Shown one piece after another: positions 41,073 through 54,151 of a stretch of DNA of 64,000 nucleotides. Under the pieces are notes generated by a model that saw only the letters and a list, made by a program, of their open reading frames with translations, searched no databases and was not told the DNA's origin. Origin of the DNA: Balanoglossus misakiensis (Eukaryota; Animalia; Hemichordata); the NCBI GenBank assembly GCA_040954595.2, contig CM082597.2, positions 8,525,778 to 8,589,777 on the forward strand. The letters run 5' to 3'. The stretch's first letter is position 1. The number at the start of each line of letters is the position of its first letter. The position numbers and the translations under genes were made by a program.

Positions 41073-41788
41073 CTGTAAATACAAATTATTTAATGGGTTA
41101 TTATTATAAAATTATGGACGACCATTGACCCTGACCCTGACCATTGATACTTTTAATAGTAAAGGAATGTATGTGTGCACCAATGTTCATGATGCATGTA
41201 GACTAGACAATGTTTCTCCTACGTGTATTAGTGGAACATTTTTGATTTGGTTATAAGGTCTCTGTACGTATGATTTTTAGTTTGTATGCATTTTTCCACA
41301 GCTTATGCGTACAGTGTAGGTAACTCGAAAAAAAAAACCTTAAGTCTTGGCATGAACACACTGCGTGTGCTTATAACCCTCAAAGCCAAAAGTGCTTTAA
41401 CACAAGATGTATTCTTCATTAAAAGGACAAAGTCTCTCTCTCGCAGCCCTTTATCCATTAATTATGTTTGATACAAGACACTGTTTATGTTATTGTACAT
41501 GTGGATATATAGTGAATCAACGTTCAACCACCCACAATTTCTATCCCGTTTGTAGACACGAGAGTGAAAAACTCGCTGAAATAAATAATTGGACTCTACC
41601 ATTTATCCATTTTGGGCGAGTTTTTACTCTCATATCCTACAAACGGGACGGAAGTTGTGTGTGGTCGAAAGTTGATTCACTACATGTATATATCCACATG
41701 TAGAATAACATAAACAATGTCTTGTATCAAACATCATTAATGGAAAGGGGCAGCTAGAGAGAGACTTTGTGCAGTGGTGAGAACTTAC

Positions 41789-41965
41789 CAGACACAGGCA
41801 GGATCTACACACATCACCAAGAGGGTTGAAGCGATCACCATCAGCATACAAGATATTATTGTATTCACACAGACTACAGTCTGGACAGCAATCAGAAGCT
41901 GTGTACAGTCCATGCTCACATGTTACTGGACACTCTAATTCTGTACAGGTAATCTTGGAATCAGG
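41789..41965 (-). CDS. Exon: duplicate of 59844-60020
   Basis: One amino-acid difference (ADGD vs ADDD). Confidence 0.85.
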
Positions 41966-42460
41966 CTGAAAGAGGAACGACAACAATCAGGTTCATACTG
42001 TAAAACAGTTTACTTTCGTGAGTTGAAATTTTCACGATATCGAGAGAGGCCACTGTTTCGTGAGTATTAATTTTTGTATTTCCTTATTTCATTCACTGCA
42101 TCGTTATCTTCAAAAAAATGTTATGCGACTTTTTATTTTCATGCTATTTTGGCTCTCGCATAGTTCGCGTAAATTTATTGCTCGCGAAAATAACATGTTT
42201 TACAGTATTTTGTAGTAGAAAACAGACATAGATATGACTAAACTCCTGACCAGTAACCTTAAATTGTTTGAGGTATGTACGAGGTCAGATCTACATAGTC
42301 GACATCCAACACATTCTCAAAAAAGTGAAGTCTGCTCCAAGGGTTTGCATCAAGCAATCAGTTGCACCTTTTGTTTAATACACAGAAATGACTGAACTGT
42401 GAAGAATTTGACCAATCAGAAATCTTGTTAGATCTGTGCTACTGTATTCTGTGTTCTTAC

Positions 42461-42655
42461 CTGACAAGTACAGCTCTGACATGGACCATTCCTCTTAAAC
42501 CACGACTGTCCAAATGGATAGATGATTCCGGAAGGATCTACACATCCCGGAAGTTGGTTGCATGTCGGGCAGCATTGACCGGGCAGGAATGTCTGAAACT
42601 CGATTGCACAGGGAAGTTCTGGACACAGTACAGGTTTACATCCTATTTGTCCATC
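42461..42655 (-). CDS. Exon: VWC halves (DGQIGCKPVLCPELPC...CQSCTCQ)
   Basis: AG/GT, phase 0-0. Confidence 0.88.
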
Positions 42656-43180
42656 CTGTAATTAAATAATTAAAATTTTGATATTGCTACTAATGCAATA
42701 CGGACAACATAAACAATTCTTTGTTTTGCGTCTTTCCATAAGGTACTATACTTATGCCCAGTTGCACAATGATCACTTCACAGATGATGCTGAAATCATT
42801 GCAGACACATGCATGGACGGAAGGACAGAAAAATTGATTTAATCTTTAAGTTTCCGCATTCCAAAGCATGAACTAACAACACAATTAAATTTTGGAAGTC
42901 AACTGCTGTGGCTGAAATACATTAATATCAGATGGAACTACAGACTGAAGTAAAAATCATAATGACTATACAACTGCCATTGAAGAATGCAATAAGGCCA
43001 ACATAAATAAATTCTTTGTTTTGCGTCTATTCATAAGGTACTATACTAATGCCCAGTTGCACAATGATCACTTCACAGATGATGCTGAAATCATTGTGGA
43101 CATACATGTGCATGGATGGAAGGACAGACAGACCTCTATAGGGGGAACTGGGTTGAGAGGGTGAATAGACATGTTCTTAC

Positions 43181-43248
43181 TGAACACCAACAAATTGTAC
43201 AGTTCTGATTGGCTGGTTTAAACGTCTCACCATCAAAGAAACAACTTG
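43181..43248 (-). CDS. Exon: shortened VWC N-half (ASCFFDGETFKPANQNCTICWCS)
   Basis: AG/GT, phase 1-0. Confidence 0.8.
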
Positions 43249-43902
43249 CTGGGAATATACAATAAAAAAGATAACATTGCAACATAATCAGCAAATGATA
43301 GACATAATGGTTAGAAATACTGTATAGTACCAAATTGAACTACAATGTACATTGATCACATACTGCAAAACACTTTATTTTCGCGAGCAATAAATTTTCG
43401 CCAATATAGTGTGAAAATAAAAAGTCGCGTAAATTATTTTTGAAGATAAGGATGCAGTGAATGAAATAAGAGAACGTGAAAATTAATACTCGCGAAACAG
43501 TGGCCTCTCTCGATATTGCAAAAATTTCAACTCTCGAAAATTAAGTGTTTACAGTTGTAATGCCATGTTTGAACACTTTATCGATGCCCGATTGTGGCTT
43601 TATGTAGCGATTCGAAAACATATACATGAACATCCATACAAACAGTACGCAGCTATCGTGGTATGCGTCACCAAGAGAAGACATACTGATGCAAATCAAG
43701 TCACATGGCTTAATGGTGAGAATTTTAAAGGATAGGGAAAAGGTTTGAAGTATTTTATTGTGGAAAAAAATGTGTGAAATTTGGCAGCTCTAGAGGCTTT
43801 AAATGGTATGGTAAGATCCACAGACTGAGAATGCGGAAGAAATGGTTCTCAATATTTCCCTGAAGTTCGGAAAGACTAATCAAGAGAAAATTTCAAAGTC
43901 AC

Positions 43903-43990
43903 CTTTACAGACCGGACAGCATGGTCCCTGAATGGGATTTGCACACGTCACCAAAGGACAGTCGTGAACCAAACACATCACACTGCCTTT
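43903..43990 (-). CDS. Exon: VWC C-half (KGSVMCLVHDCPLVTCANPIQGPCCPVCK)
   Basis: AG/GT, phase 0-1. Confidence 0.87.
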
Positions 43991-44349
43991 CTGAAACAGA
44001 GAAAAATACAGATCATATGAAAGGAGATGCTTCAACATAACATGTCAGTCAACTAAAATAATAAGCCAAACGTTACAGATAGTAGACCTTTGATACAAAA
44101 ATAAAATCTAAATATGAGACTAGAGCCGTAATTGATGAATTTAGTACCACATGAAATCAAGACATACTAGACATTGTGCCAAAAAAAACAGCACAGCCGA
44201 ACAGGGTAGCAGCCATGGTGACCTTTGTGGAACTGGTCACAAAATGGTAATGAATTCAACACAGTTCGATCACTTCATGGGGATTCTCTTTCTGACCAGA
44301 GGAACAGTGACATGTGATCAGAAATTGACCAATCAGAATGCAATCTTAA

Positions 44350-44952
44350 AGCCACAGTATTTCTCGTAGGGGCAAAATTTTGTTTGAAACGACATCTATA
44401 ATTTCTAAAAGTAGATGATAATTGATACTGAATCGAACAGTCATCATTCCCAGCTCTGCTGATAAACTCATACAATTTACAATATAACGAGTGAAGAATG
44501 ACTTTCTGTCCGGACAGAAAGTCACGTGAGTCAGGCTAATGTTGACACACGTGACTAGTGCGCATGCGCACTCAAATGTGAATCTATGCAGAAGAGCTTT
44601 GGTCGCCCCAAATCAAGCGACTCAGCGAAGAAATGCGCACTAATTCGGCGAAATTTTGGGAAGATAACTTTATGGGAGAAATCAGTCGATGGAACCAGAT
44701 CAAATCCGAAAATGGTCTGACCATCAAAATGTCAAAGTGGCACGTTTGCTGATCGACATGTACAACATTTCCGTTGTAAACAAACCCGCGCATCATTTCA
44801 AGTGTTACGGGCAATATTTTCGGCTTGCATGTAGCTACAATTGCCCAAACTTTTCTTACATCTTCATTATATAGTATTCCATGATGGATGTACTGGAAAA
44901 ACGGGCTTTTTTCGATGATGAAAAATGGATGCACACGAGAAATACTGGGGCT
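44350..44952. mobile_element. 603-bp non-autonomous TTAA-flanked element (Kolobok-like)
   Basis: TTAA|AGCCACAGTATTTCTCGT ... ACGAGAAATACTGGGGCT|TTAA (17/18 TIR match). Confidence 0.85.
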
Positions 44953-45013
44953 TTAAGTATAAATGTATCTCATGTGATCAGAAATTGACCAATGCAGTCT
45001 GTCTGGTACTTAC

Positions 45014-45096
45014 CAAACATTGACATTGTGAACATGTGTTGTTCGGATCAGTAAATATTTCACCGTCATTTGAAATATAACCATTGTATAAACATT
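45014..45096 (-). CDS. Exon: VWC N-half (ECLYNGYISNDGEIFTDPNNTCSQCQCL)
   Basis: AG/GT, phase 1-0. Confidence 0.87.
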
Positions 45097-45538
45097 CTGT
45101 TGAAAAGAAATAATGAAAAACATTATCAGGGTATAGGTCTTGGAATAAAAAAATTACATTAAAAATTGCAATTAAATATATGTTGACACATTTCTTGCTA
45201 CCTAATTAAACAATATTTTGTTTGTAAACTGTCTGTGTTTGGACATTGCTGAATTCTTAGGGTCAGGATTAAATTTAACCATCAACAATAACAAGGCTGG
45301 GTATATGAAAGATAAAATTTTGTTATTTTAATAGCTGAATGTAATTTTCTTTCAAATTTTACCGACCTGGAAATGGATTTAAGTATACATATCATGCCAT
45401 GGTAGCATGAGTTTCTGCTTTACTACAAATTCATTCTCCCAATCCTGACTAGATTTGAGATTCAGATCATCCCTATGTAAATGAATGCTTCATCAATAAA
45501 CTTGATGACACAAAAGATCTAACTACATGTTCGGTTAC

Positions 45539-45712
45539 CTTGACAACTATGACAGCAATGTCCAGGGTGTGGCAATGGATGTGTGCATTCATGTTTACAT
45601 GTCTGTTTGACACAAGTTACAATTCCTTCACTACAGGTACAGATTTCACATTCATCAACAGGACTGGTCCATGTAGAATTGTGGTGATATTCTATATTGT
45701 TGAATACACAAC
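45539..45712 (-). CDS. Exon: full VWC (GCVFNNIEYHHNSTW...GHCCHSCQ)
   Basis: 10-Cys VWC; phase 1-1. Confidence 0.9.
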
Positions 45713-46210
45713 CTATAGCACAAAAAGATTCGTTTGGAATCAATTATTCTTTGGAAATAATTACCAAGAGCTTTATAATTTTGATTAAAACCCTACCACT
45801 ACTGGGCGTCATACCCGTTTAGAGTGTCAGGGGCCCTTAAAATATATATGTGCCCTTTTTCTTCTTAAAGGTATTTTGACTGTCTTGGCATGGCTCTCTA
45901 ATGTACTTAAACACACTTGGCAGTCTGAGCCCCCTGTAGAATGTACCAAATCGCACTGGTTTGCACTGTATTGGTCTGAGGGTCTTGTATAGGCCCTACT
46001 GAGTAACACACACTTGGCAGTCTAACAGGTCTGGATGCCAAGATTCTAGGCACCCTGGAAATCAAACCAGATTCAACCGACTTGGTAGCGTTAGCGTTTA
46101 GGTGGAAAGTTGCCCCAAATTGCAACCATCATTATCTTCATACGACCAATCCTCTGAAATCAATAGGGCTGTATATCACGGAGAAGTATCTGATGGCTTC
46201 AATTACTAAC

Positions 46211-46298
46211 CTTTACAATGTGGACAGCATTCACCCACAATTTGTTCTGTATATTGGCATGGCAATACAGGGAACTGAGTACATGTGATAACATTATT
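46211..46298 (-). CDS. Exon: VWC C-half (NNVITCTQFPVLPCQYTEQIVGECCPHCK)
   Basis: AG/GT, phase 0-1. Confidence 0.8.
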
Positions 46299-46878
46299 CT
46301 GAAATACAACATGACAATTATGGAGAACAAATGAAGTCATTGTGAATAACAATGCATAATGGGATGCAGGTCTAATGTGTCTAAATAATTGATCCAGAAA
46401 TCAATAAAAGACAATTTCACAGTTTTATATGTATAACTTCATGAATAATATTTTAAAGCACATTATATTTTTCAATACTATACATAATAAAACCTTTATA
46501 GCTAAGAGGCATTGTGGAACCTTTGGTAACACAGCAGAAAGGCGCTCATACAAGGGTAAGACTCTTCTCCTATATAACCTTTGGTCTCAAGTCAGTTCAG
46601 ATCAACTACACAATATGTGAGCATATGATATACTGTAAAACACTTTATTTTCGGAGTTGAAATCTTCGAGATATCGAGAAAGGCCACTGTTTTCAGAGTT
46701 TTAATTTTTATGTCCTCTTATTTCATTCACTGCATCGTTATCTTCAAAAATAATTTACGCGACTTTTTACTTTCACGTTATTTTGGCTCTCGCATATTTC
46801 GCAAAAATTTATTGCTCGTGAAAATAATGTGTTTTACAGTATACACAATGTGTATGAGTAACATCAATTGCTCCTTAC

Positions 46879-46960
46879 CTGATATGTACAATTATACACT
46901 CATCAAGAATCCATGTATCACCAGATGAATATGTAAAATCATGTGGTTGAAAATAACACC
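46879..46960 (-). CDS. Exon: VWC N-half, frameshifted (GCYFQPHDFTYSSGDTWILDEC...)
   Basis: 82 nt, one short of phase 1-0. Confidence 0.75.
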
Positions 46961-47291
46961 CTGTAACAAACGAATTCAAACTTTCATTATAGTCCAGTAA
47001 TCTTTATGATGACTTTGAGTATAGTCCTATTGTAAGGTTATTTCATTGTCATTGTAGAAATGACTGTATCAACTGAGCAATATGCTTCAGTATTTGTCCT
47101 CGACGCTGCGCATCTCAGTCAATACCTCCACTGCACTGTACGATGTACTCGGACATAAATCCTGGTACTTTATGAATAACTTTATATTATGAAGGACCAT
47201 TTATTTCATTTGAATCAAACAGAATCTAAACATAGCCATACAATATTAAGCATACCGGTACATGTACATAAACGCCAAATGACATCAATAC

Positions 47292-47426
47292 CTTCTATTG
47301 GTTGACATGTTATTCCATCTGTCCTCAACACGAATCCATCCAGACATCGACACATAAATGAACCTCTTGAATTAATGTATTCTTGCTCACACACCTGTAA
47401 ACCTTCTATAACACATTCATTGATGT
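47292..47426 (-). CDS. Exon: calcium-binding EGF (DINECVIEGLQVCEQEYINSRGSFMCRCLDGF...TCQ)
   Basis: DINEC consensus; third Cys replaced by Tyr; phase 1-1. Confidence 0.88.
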
Positions 47427-47963
47427 CTGAAATACAACACAAATCAAAGTTACTTGCATGAAGCCAGAAGATACAAATTATACTTTTGAAGCAGTTTCGT
47501 TTCCCTGTTTCTTTCAAGACTTTTGAAACAAGCCTTTGTAACAAGATTTTGTAGACTATGCAGTCGTTTTAAAGGTATACAGTCACCTCCAATTTACATA
47601 GGCCCATACAATCATTTCATTCAATGCTTCAAGATAACAAAAAATACAAAATGTTGACATCATGAACATTCATAACAATCCCGTGGTCACTGTGTTTGTT
47701 GGTGCAACCTCGGCTACTTGTACTTCATTTTAAATAACATATGACACAGTAATAGGGTGCACTATGCACACAACAGGCACAGCTGTACTGTGCAGAGAGT
47801 CTAAGATGTTTGATGTAAATAACATATCAGCTGGTAACCATGATTAATCGTTGATCAAAAGTTCCTCACTGATTTGCTAGAAGGACAGAAACTTTGCAAA
47901 GGACTTATCAAATCTGCTGGGAAGTTGACATCACAAGTCGCCAACAACAAAAACAAAACTTAC

Positions 47964-48047
47964 CCTCATCACACAAATCACCCGTGTAACCAGCAAAGCA
48001 TTCACATTCTCCACCATTGCAGATACCATTTTCACATAAACACACAC
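47964..48047 (-). CDS. Exon: EGF-like (CVCLCENGICNGGECECFAGYTGDLCDE)
   Basis: EGF; phase 1-1. Confidence 0.87.
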
Positions 48048-48420
48048 CTGAGAAGGACAATAAACACATAAACAAAGTAAAACAAACAACAGAATGCGAT
48101 GATCATGGTGATATACAATCCAGTTGGTGTCATTTTTTTTCTATCGATAACCAAAGGCCTTACCCCTTGAAACTGATTTTTCAAAGATCTTCATAAATGC
48201 TCGCATGTCATGCGACCATTGTACACTGTATACGATCAGATTCCCCTACATCTAAAAATATACACTTTTTAGAGTTTTTGTATAGTTGTTCTACATCCTT
48301 TTAGAGTTACATGTGCCAAGATAATTTGCATAAATCCTCAGGTACTTTGCATATTCTAACTCTATGAACACATTTCCTGCTACATTGACTTTCTCACTTT
48401 GCATAAAGTGTGATATTTAC

Positions 48421-48516
48421 ATTTGGAGCAGTCATCTCCACTAAAGCCCTCCTGACAGTTGCAGTGTCCTTGGAAACATATTCCATCATTCTTGCAGTCT
48501 GGGATGCAAGGAATCT
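48421..48516 (-). CDS. Exon: EGF-like (IPCIPDCKNDGICFQGHCNCQEGFSGDDCSK)
   Basis: 6-Cys EGF; phase 1-1. Confidence 0.87.
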
Positions 48517-48976
48517 CTGTAAAAACAATCAAAACACATTCAAAAGATGTCTGATGAAATCATACTTTATCAGGTAATACTTAATTCTCCACATACAAAT
48601 ATCACAGAATCAGAATATTTGATATTTTGATACACAATATCATTATTCTATAGCACCATTTACTGTAAAATAACCAGTTAACAAAATGCATCATGGGCAA
48701 AATGTTGACTTAACATTGTCATTAGCATTAGAGTTTTGAACAGCGATCCATCATGTGTTTCAAGTGACATTTCAATGGTCAAAGCTTTGTTGTTGCAATA
48801 TGCATACACAACTTATGAAAGTTTTCACCTTTTTGATGGCAAGACCAAAACATTCAAAGTCCCAGTTGCTCTAACTTTTAGCTATTTTTTTCACAGTATT
48901 TACAACTTGCATCATAGGGAGTTTGTTATGATGCCCTACCCACTGTTTCACACAATACCTGTGTATCTGTGTCATA

Positions 48977-49180
48977 CTGTAAAACACTTTATTTTCGCGA
49001 GTCAAAATTTTCACGATATCGAGAGAGGCCACTGTTTCACGAGTATTAATTTTCGTGTTTCATTTCATTCACTGCATTGTTATCTTCAAAACAATTTACG
49101 CGACTTTTTATTTTCACGCTATTTTGGCTCTCGCGTATTTCGCGTAAATTTATTGCTCGCGAAAATAAAGTGTTTTACAG
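48977..49180. mobile_element. ~205-bp Tc1/mariner-type MITE (TA TSD); other copies 41998-42205, 43363-43554, 46633-46839, 54461-54669, 60053-60260, partial 50535-50708, 62820-62915, ~29275-29318
   Basis: TIR CTGTAAAACACTTTATTTTCGCGAG flanked by TA on both sides. Confidence 0.9.
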
Positions 49181-49510
49181 TAGTTAAGAAGTATACAATG
49201 TATGCAAATTTAGCCACAGTTACCATGGAAAGTTGAGACATGGCCAATCAGAGATTTTGCCTACACACTTTTTACCACTTAAGGGTATATTTCACACCAC
49301 TTCTGTACCTTGCATTGTTGACGAATTATTGTTTTCAAACTTCATTACAACAATGTGCTCTCTGCCATGAATGTGCACCTTTAACCCTTTCACCACATGG
49401 TTTGATCCAAAGCCACTGTTTCCTATGACAAAGATGGACCTCAATACAGGGATACAGGGGTGAGAGGGTTTAAACATCTGGCAAATATAGTCTAGTAAAT
49501 ATAGGGCTAG

Positions 49511-50109
49511 ACCCACCACAAATTGCAACATAATTTTTTTCTTCAGAATATACTTTGGAGAGGTGTCTAGAACAACATATTAAAAATGCACCCGAATCCA
49601 CCTTGTGTAAATATGTCTAATTTGCATAAATTTAATATTAGAGATGTTGGGGCCAAATATCTAGAAATAAACGCTTTTTTCCATGATTTTAAAGTTTAAA
49701 AACTATTTCATGTTCATGACAAAACATTTAGGAATACTGTCTGCCATATGTCATAGAGGTAGTTTTGAATAAAAAAAACACTAGAATTGCTTGCGTATTA
49801 CCCGATATACTGCCCAAATATGTTTTTTTAGGATTACTGTTCACCATATTGGATTTATGCAAATTATGAAAACTGCCCATGTCAAATATTATTCCAAAAT
49901 GGTTCTTCATGCACATGAAATATTTTTAAACTTTAAAATCATGGAAAAATCACGATTTATTTCTTGATATTTGCCCCCAAAATTATTAAATTTATGCAAA
50001 TTAGACATATTTCCACAAGGTGGATTCGGGTGCATTTTTGATATGTTGTTCTAGACACCTCTCCGAAATATATTCTGAAAAAAAAATTCTGTTGCAATTT
50101 GTGGTGGGT
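49511..50109. mobile_element. Foldback-type MITE with ~225-bp imperfect TIRs
   Basis: 49511-49736 inverted against 49890-50109. Confidence 0.85.
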
Positions 50110-50179
50110 TACATGTAGGTGCCCAAATCTCGTAGATTTACTAAACTAATAGGTGATCGTAATATTGATTTGTACTCAC

Positions 50180-50349
50180 CACAGGACAATTTTCTCCAGT
50201 CCAGCACAATCCCCTTCCTCCTGGCTTCATAGGCATAGGCAAACAATACATCACATAGACACTTTTCATGCACAGGACATGCACACATAACACAATTCAT
50301 AGAACGGAGCTGGGTTTACTACACCATGGGCTGGCCGAAATAATGGTCC
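50180..50349 (-). CDS. Exon: C8 domain, frameshifted (GPLFRPAHGVVNPAPFYELC//MCACPVHEKCLCDVLFAYAYEARRKGIVLDWRKLSC)
   Basis: C8 consensus split over two frames; expected xxD residues before MCAC missing. Confidence 0.8.
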
Positions 50350-50977
50350 CTGTGTAAAACCAAACAAAAATAACAACGGATCATTTACAATGAGAAACTG
50401 TTTAAAGGTATACGGTCACCTATGGAAAGTTAGCAATAGTTACCATGGTACATTGAGAATTAGCCAATCACACATTTTCAGTGGGAGGCACACGCGAAAA
50501 AAAGAGCGCCACCATATGTTCTCAAATATGCCATTTCGCGATATTGAGTGAGGCCACTGTTTAGCGAGTATTAATTTTCGCGTTCTCTTATTTCATTCAC
50601 TGCATTGTTATCTTCAAAAAAAAATATGCAACTTTTTATTTTCATGCTATTTTAGCTCTCGTGTATTTCGCAAAAATTTATTGCTCGCAAATATAAAGTG
50701 TTTTACAGTAGTATTACTAATACATATACACTGTTTTTACTCTAAAACGCTCAAAGTAGAAAAATAGGCATGAGGAAAAGAGAGACAGCAAGACAGATGT
50801 TTGAAGTTTCTTAATTTTCCAGAATTGTCCTGTTTCCTGCAGTGACTTTCCAAGGAATTTCAGAGTTTGGATTGAAAATTGATAATACTATTACTAATGT
50901 TTCAGGAGTTAACACTGTACGAACCCTGGTGTGTATATTGCAGACAGACTCTCACATTGTACAACCAAATGACTTAC

Positions 50978-51125
50978 ATGAAATCATCACCAGGATTATC
51001 ATTGAAGTTGCCACACAGACCACAGAGTCTCCCTTTGTATGTACCATCTGCGGTGACCTCTCCAAAATGGGAGCCATCCCACGACACGCGAATACCAATA
51101 CTTGTATGCACAACCACCATCAACC
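50978..51125 (-). CDS. Exon: VWD C-part (…VSWDGSHFGEV…YKGRLCGLCGNFNDNPGDDF)
   Basis: CGLCGNFN motif; AG/GT, phase 1-2. Confidence 0.9.
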
Positions 51126-51528
51126 CTGTCATGTTACGATGTAAAACAAGTATGTTGATATAAATCAGGTTATATGTCCATTAAAGCCCTTATAGCTGCC
51201 AAATTTCACATATTTTTTCGACACTAAAATACTTCAAATATGTTCCCTGAGCAGAGTTGGTGTAAGAATTAACACCTCTCCGCAACCCACTGTCTATGGG
51301 GCCGAGCCTCAGCGCCTATACATAAACTTTGTGTGTGTGGACCCAAGCGACTGAAAGGATTAATGCTCTGTGTTTACCATAGGCAAATAGTGTCTCAATT
51401 TTTTCCCTGTCTGAACCTGGTATATGTCAGCCCTTTGAATGTGGTTACATGTTTTAAGTTGGCTAAACAATGCAGACATATCTAGGTATAAAAAGGGTTA
51501 AGTTCGACCTAAGATTTGATTGACTTAC

Positions 51529-51826
51529 CTATTTTTTGTATACTTAGATCTGGTTCCTGCAAGTAAGGTAATTCTACCAGGCCTCCATTGACACTTACTG
51601 TCAAATCTGGCATTAGGTTGATCACCCAATCAACTAGTCTGATCTGAATGACTTGTGTCCAGGCAACAGCATAGGTACTCTTGCCATCATTCTGAACTAT
51701 AATCTTAAAGTTATTCTGATAACAATCTTGTGATAAGACATAGGTACATGTCCCTTGGAAGGAGAAGAATTTCCCATCATATGTCCGGTAATGAGGATCT
51801 CCAAATACAATACACGAGAGCTAATT
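51529..51826 (-). CDS. Exon: VWD N-part (SCIVFGDPHYRTYDGKFFSFQGTCTYVLSQDC...LPYLQEPDLSIQKI)
   Basis: Canonical GDPH motif; 298 nt, one base too many near the 5' end for phase 1-1. Confidence 0.9.
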
Positions 51827-52517
51827 CTGTAAAAAGACGGAATGCAGAAAGACTTAAAGGCATACGCCCATATATGGCTGAAATGGCGTATTTGAGCGTT
51901 CTATAGAACACATGGTGGCACTCTTTTTTACGCGTGTGACACCCACTGAAAATCTGTGATTGGTAGCTAGTCCTCAATTTGCCATGGTAACTATTGCTGA
52001 TTTTCCATAGGTGACTGTATACCTTTGAGAGTGTCTACCGAAGAATGTTGCTATGATCGCAGCATTGTAACAACAGACGTCAAATGTTACCAACAATTTG
52101 TAAACAAATGATATTCAAAGAATGCTTATTATGTACGTAACACATTCTGGACAGTTTTGAGGTCCCAGAATCACATTCTGTGTCTCTATTTGACTACTCT
52201 TTCTGATTGCTCACATTTGATGGTTGAAGGACTTCCAAAGGCAATCTGGCTGGCGTTGTTTCACATAACAATTTCTTATATCTCTTGAATTTTGTAAACA
52301 AGTCCAAATCCTTAGACTGTTGCTCCCCTTTGAAATCTAGTTTTATCGACTTTGGTAACATTTCCTGGGTTTATGACACATTTTGATCACATTATGTCTA
52401 AATATGGTATAGTATGCACCCAGACATAAGTGACACACGTCAGCCTCCACTATGTTTTCGTGTAAACTTGGCTGTCAGTTTTTAATAACCTCATAATATA
52501 TTGATAATTAGACTCAC

Positions 52518-52569
52518 TTGGAACACATTTCTGGCAGCATTCACCATCAATATGGCCGATCTCTTCTTC
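52518..52569 (-). CDS. Exon: VWC end (EEEIGHIDGECCQKCVP)
   Basis: GT donor; weak GAG acceptor; phase 0-1. Confidence 0.72.
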
Positions 52570-53274
52570 CTCGAAATATAAACAACAAATGAATTATTAC
52601 CACAGTAAATACAAATTGTATATCCACTGAGAAGACACACAATAAAACATCTATAGCACAGTGTCTTCAAATTTTTAATACAGAGAAACCTGTCTATTAA
52701 AGACACCTTCAGGAACAGAAAGACTGTCCTTATTGCAGAGGTGTCCATAATGACAGATTTCACTGTAATTGTATAGAAAAAAATTGAAATGGGTAAAATG
52801 TAAGTGAATGGAACATCCCTCTTCCATAATACTGAACCTTATAAACGAATGTGCCGCTATTTAGAATTAACATATAACAAATTTATCATTTCTGTTCAGA
52901 ACAGTGATTGTGAATTGATCAATTTCTGATGGACACTTGAATGAAGTACATTTATTTCAGATGCTAAACAATTGAGAAAGTTGTTTGGTTTGTTTGGTTT
53001 GATTACTACAAAAGGGCTGTCTTGAAAATCCAAATAATGAGAACTAATACAAAAGGGCTTTCTTGGAAAAAAAACAAATGATGAGAATTCTTTAATATGT
53101 TTTATGGAGTTGACCAAGAAACCTCAGTTGATACCCAAATCAAAAATATTCAGAAAACAGCACAAAGTTAGAGTTACTTGTCCTTTAAAACTATTGCTCT
53201 CAGGCCCATAAAGTAAAACAACGCAAAACTGAAGTCTGACCATACACTATTGAATTCATGACTGATAAACTTAC

Positions 53275-53373
53275 CGCTGAGCAAGTCAAAGGTTGACAGA
53301 CTTCTTGAACGCAGCTCTCTTTACCATTGAAGCAATCACAGATGTCGCACCCCACATGCCAAGTTTCACCAGA
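53275..53373 (-). CDS. Exon: VWC middle (SGETWHVGCDICDCFNGKESCVQEVCQPLTCSA)
   Basis: AG/GT, phase 0-0. Confidence 0.85.
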
Positions 53374-53450
53374 CTGAAAAGTGAAAGTTCAAATTTTGCT
53401 GGAAACCCGGTATGCAGATCGTGTGTGTATAATTGGTCTGTCATAATTAA

Positions 53451-53744
53451 CCCTAATGCTACTGGGTGTCATACCTGTTCAGAGTCTCAAGTCCCTTAAA
53501 TAAAATACGTATTTGCCATTTTATCTTCTATAATGTATTTTGACTGTCTTGACATGGCTCTCATACATACCTAGACACACTTGGCAGTCTGAACCTCCCA
53601 GAAAATGAACCAAATTGCACTGGTTTGTACTGTATTGGTCTGAGGGTCTTGGATAGGCTCTACTGATTAACACGCACTTGGCAGTCTAACAGGCTTGGGA
53701 GCCAGGATTCTAGGCACCTTTCAACTGACTTGGCAGCATTAGTG
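53451..53744. mobile_element. piggyBac-like MITE (TTAA|CCCT...); second copy ~45791-46097
   Basis: TTAA both sides, imperfect TIR CCCTAATGCT/AGCATTAGTG; internal duplicated CACACTTGGCAGTCT. Confidence 0.7.
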
Positions 53745-54013
53745 TTAATTTACATTTCATTATACATTTGCTGTGCTACACTTATGACCATTCTCTTTAC
53801 CTCTTTCGTATTTCCACTTGGTTTTTTTGCAGATTACTTGCATGATAATGCGTACCAAACAAATAAAAAAAGGTGTATGCCACTTGGTGCAAAGACTGGC
53901 ATAAATTGCTGATGAGCTAACACCAATGGCGCAGCTCGTCTTGCATTGTGAAGTCTCAGCAGAATCCATTTTTGCAGAAAATTTATCATATATCTTAGAA
54001 ATTAAATTGTTAC

Positions 54014-54151
54014 CTGATATCTCCTGCCTTTGTACATACAATAAGATTCCACAGTACATTTTGGACAGCAACTGCCAGCTGGTAAAATCTGGTTTTCTAG
54101 ATCACAGTTGATTTGTTCACAATTGGGTCTTTCACAGGTTACCTCTCCATC
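54014..54151 (-). CDS. Exon: VWC (DGEVTCERPNC...SCCPKCTVESYCMYKGRRYQ)
   Basis: AG/GT, phase 0-0. Confidence 0.87.

Larger units (their letters stand above)
40900..42207. repeat. Segmental duplicate of 58973-60262 (two exons, two introns, two MITEs)
   Basis: Near-identical sequence including introns, with few substitutions and small indels. Confidence 0.95.

Noticed and set aside
48736-49236. 166-aa ORF and similar ORFs at 46710 and 54439
   Set aside because: Run through the TA-MITE; non-coding
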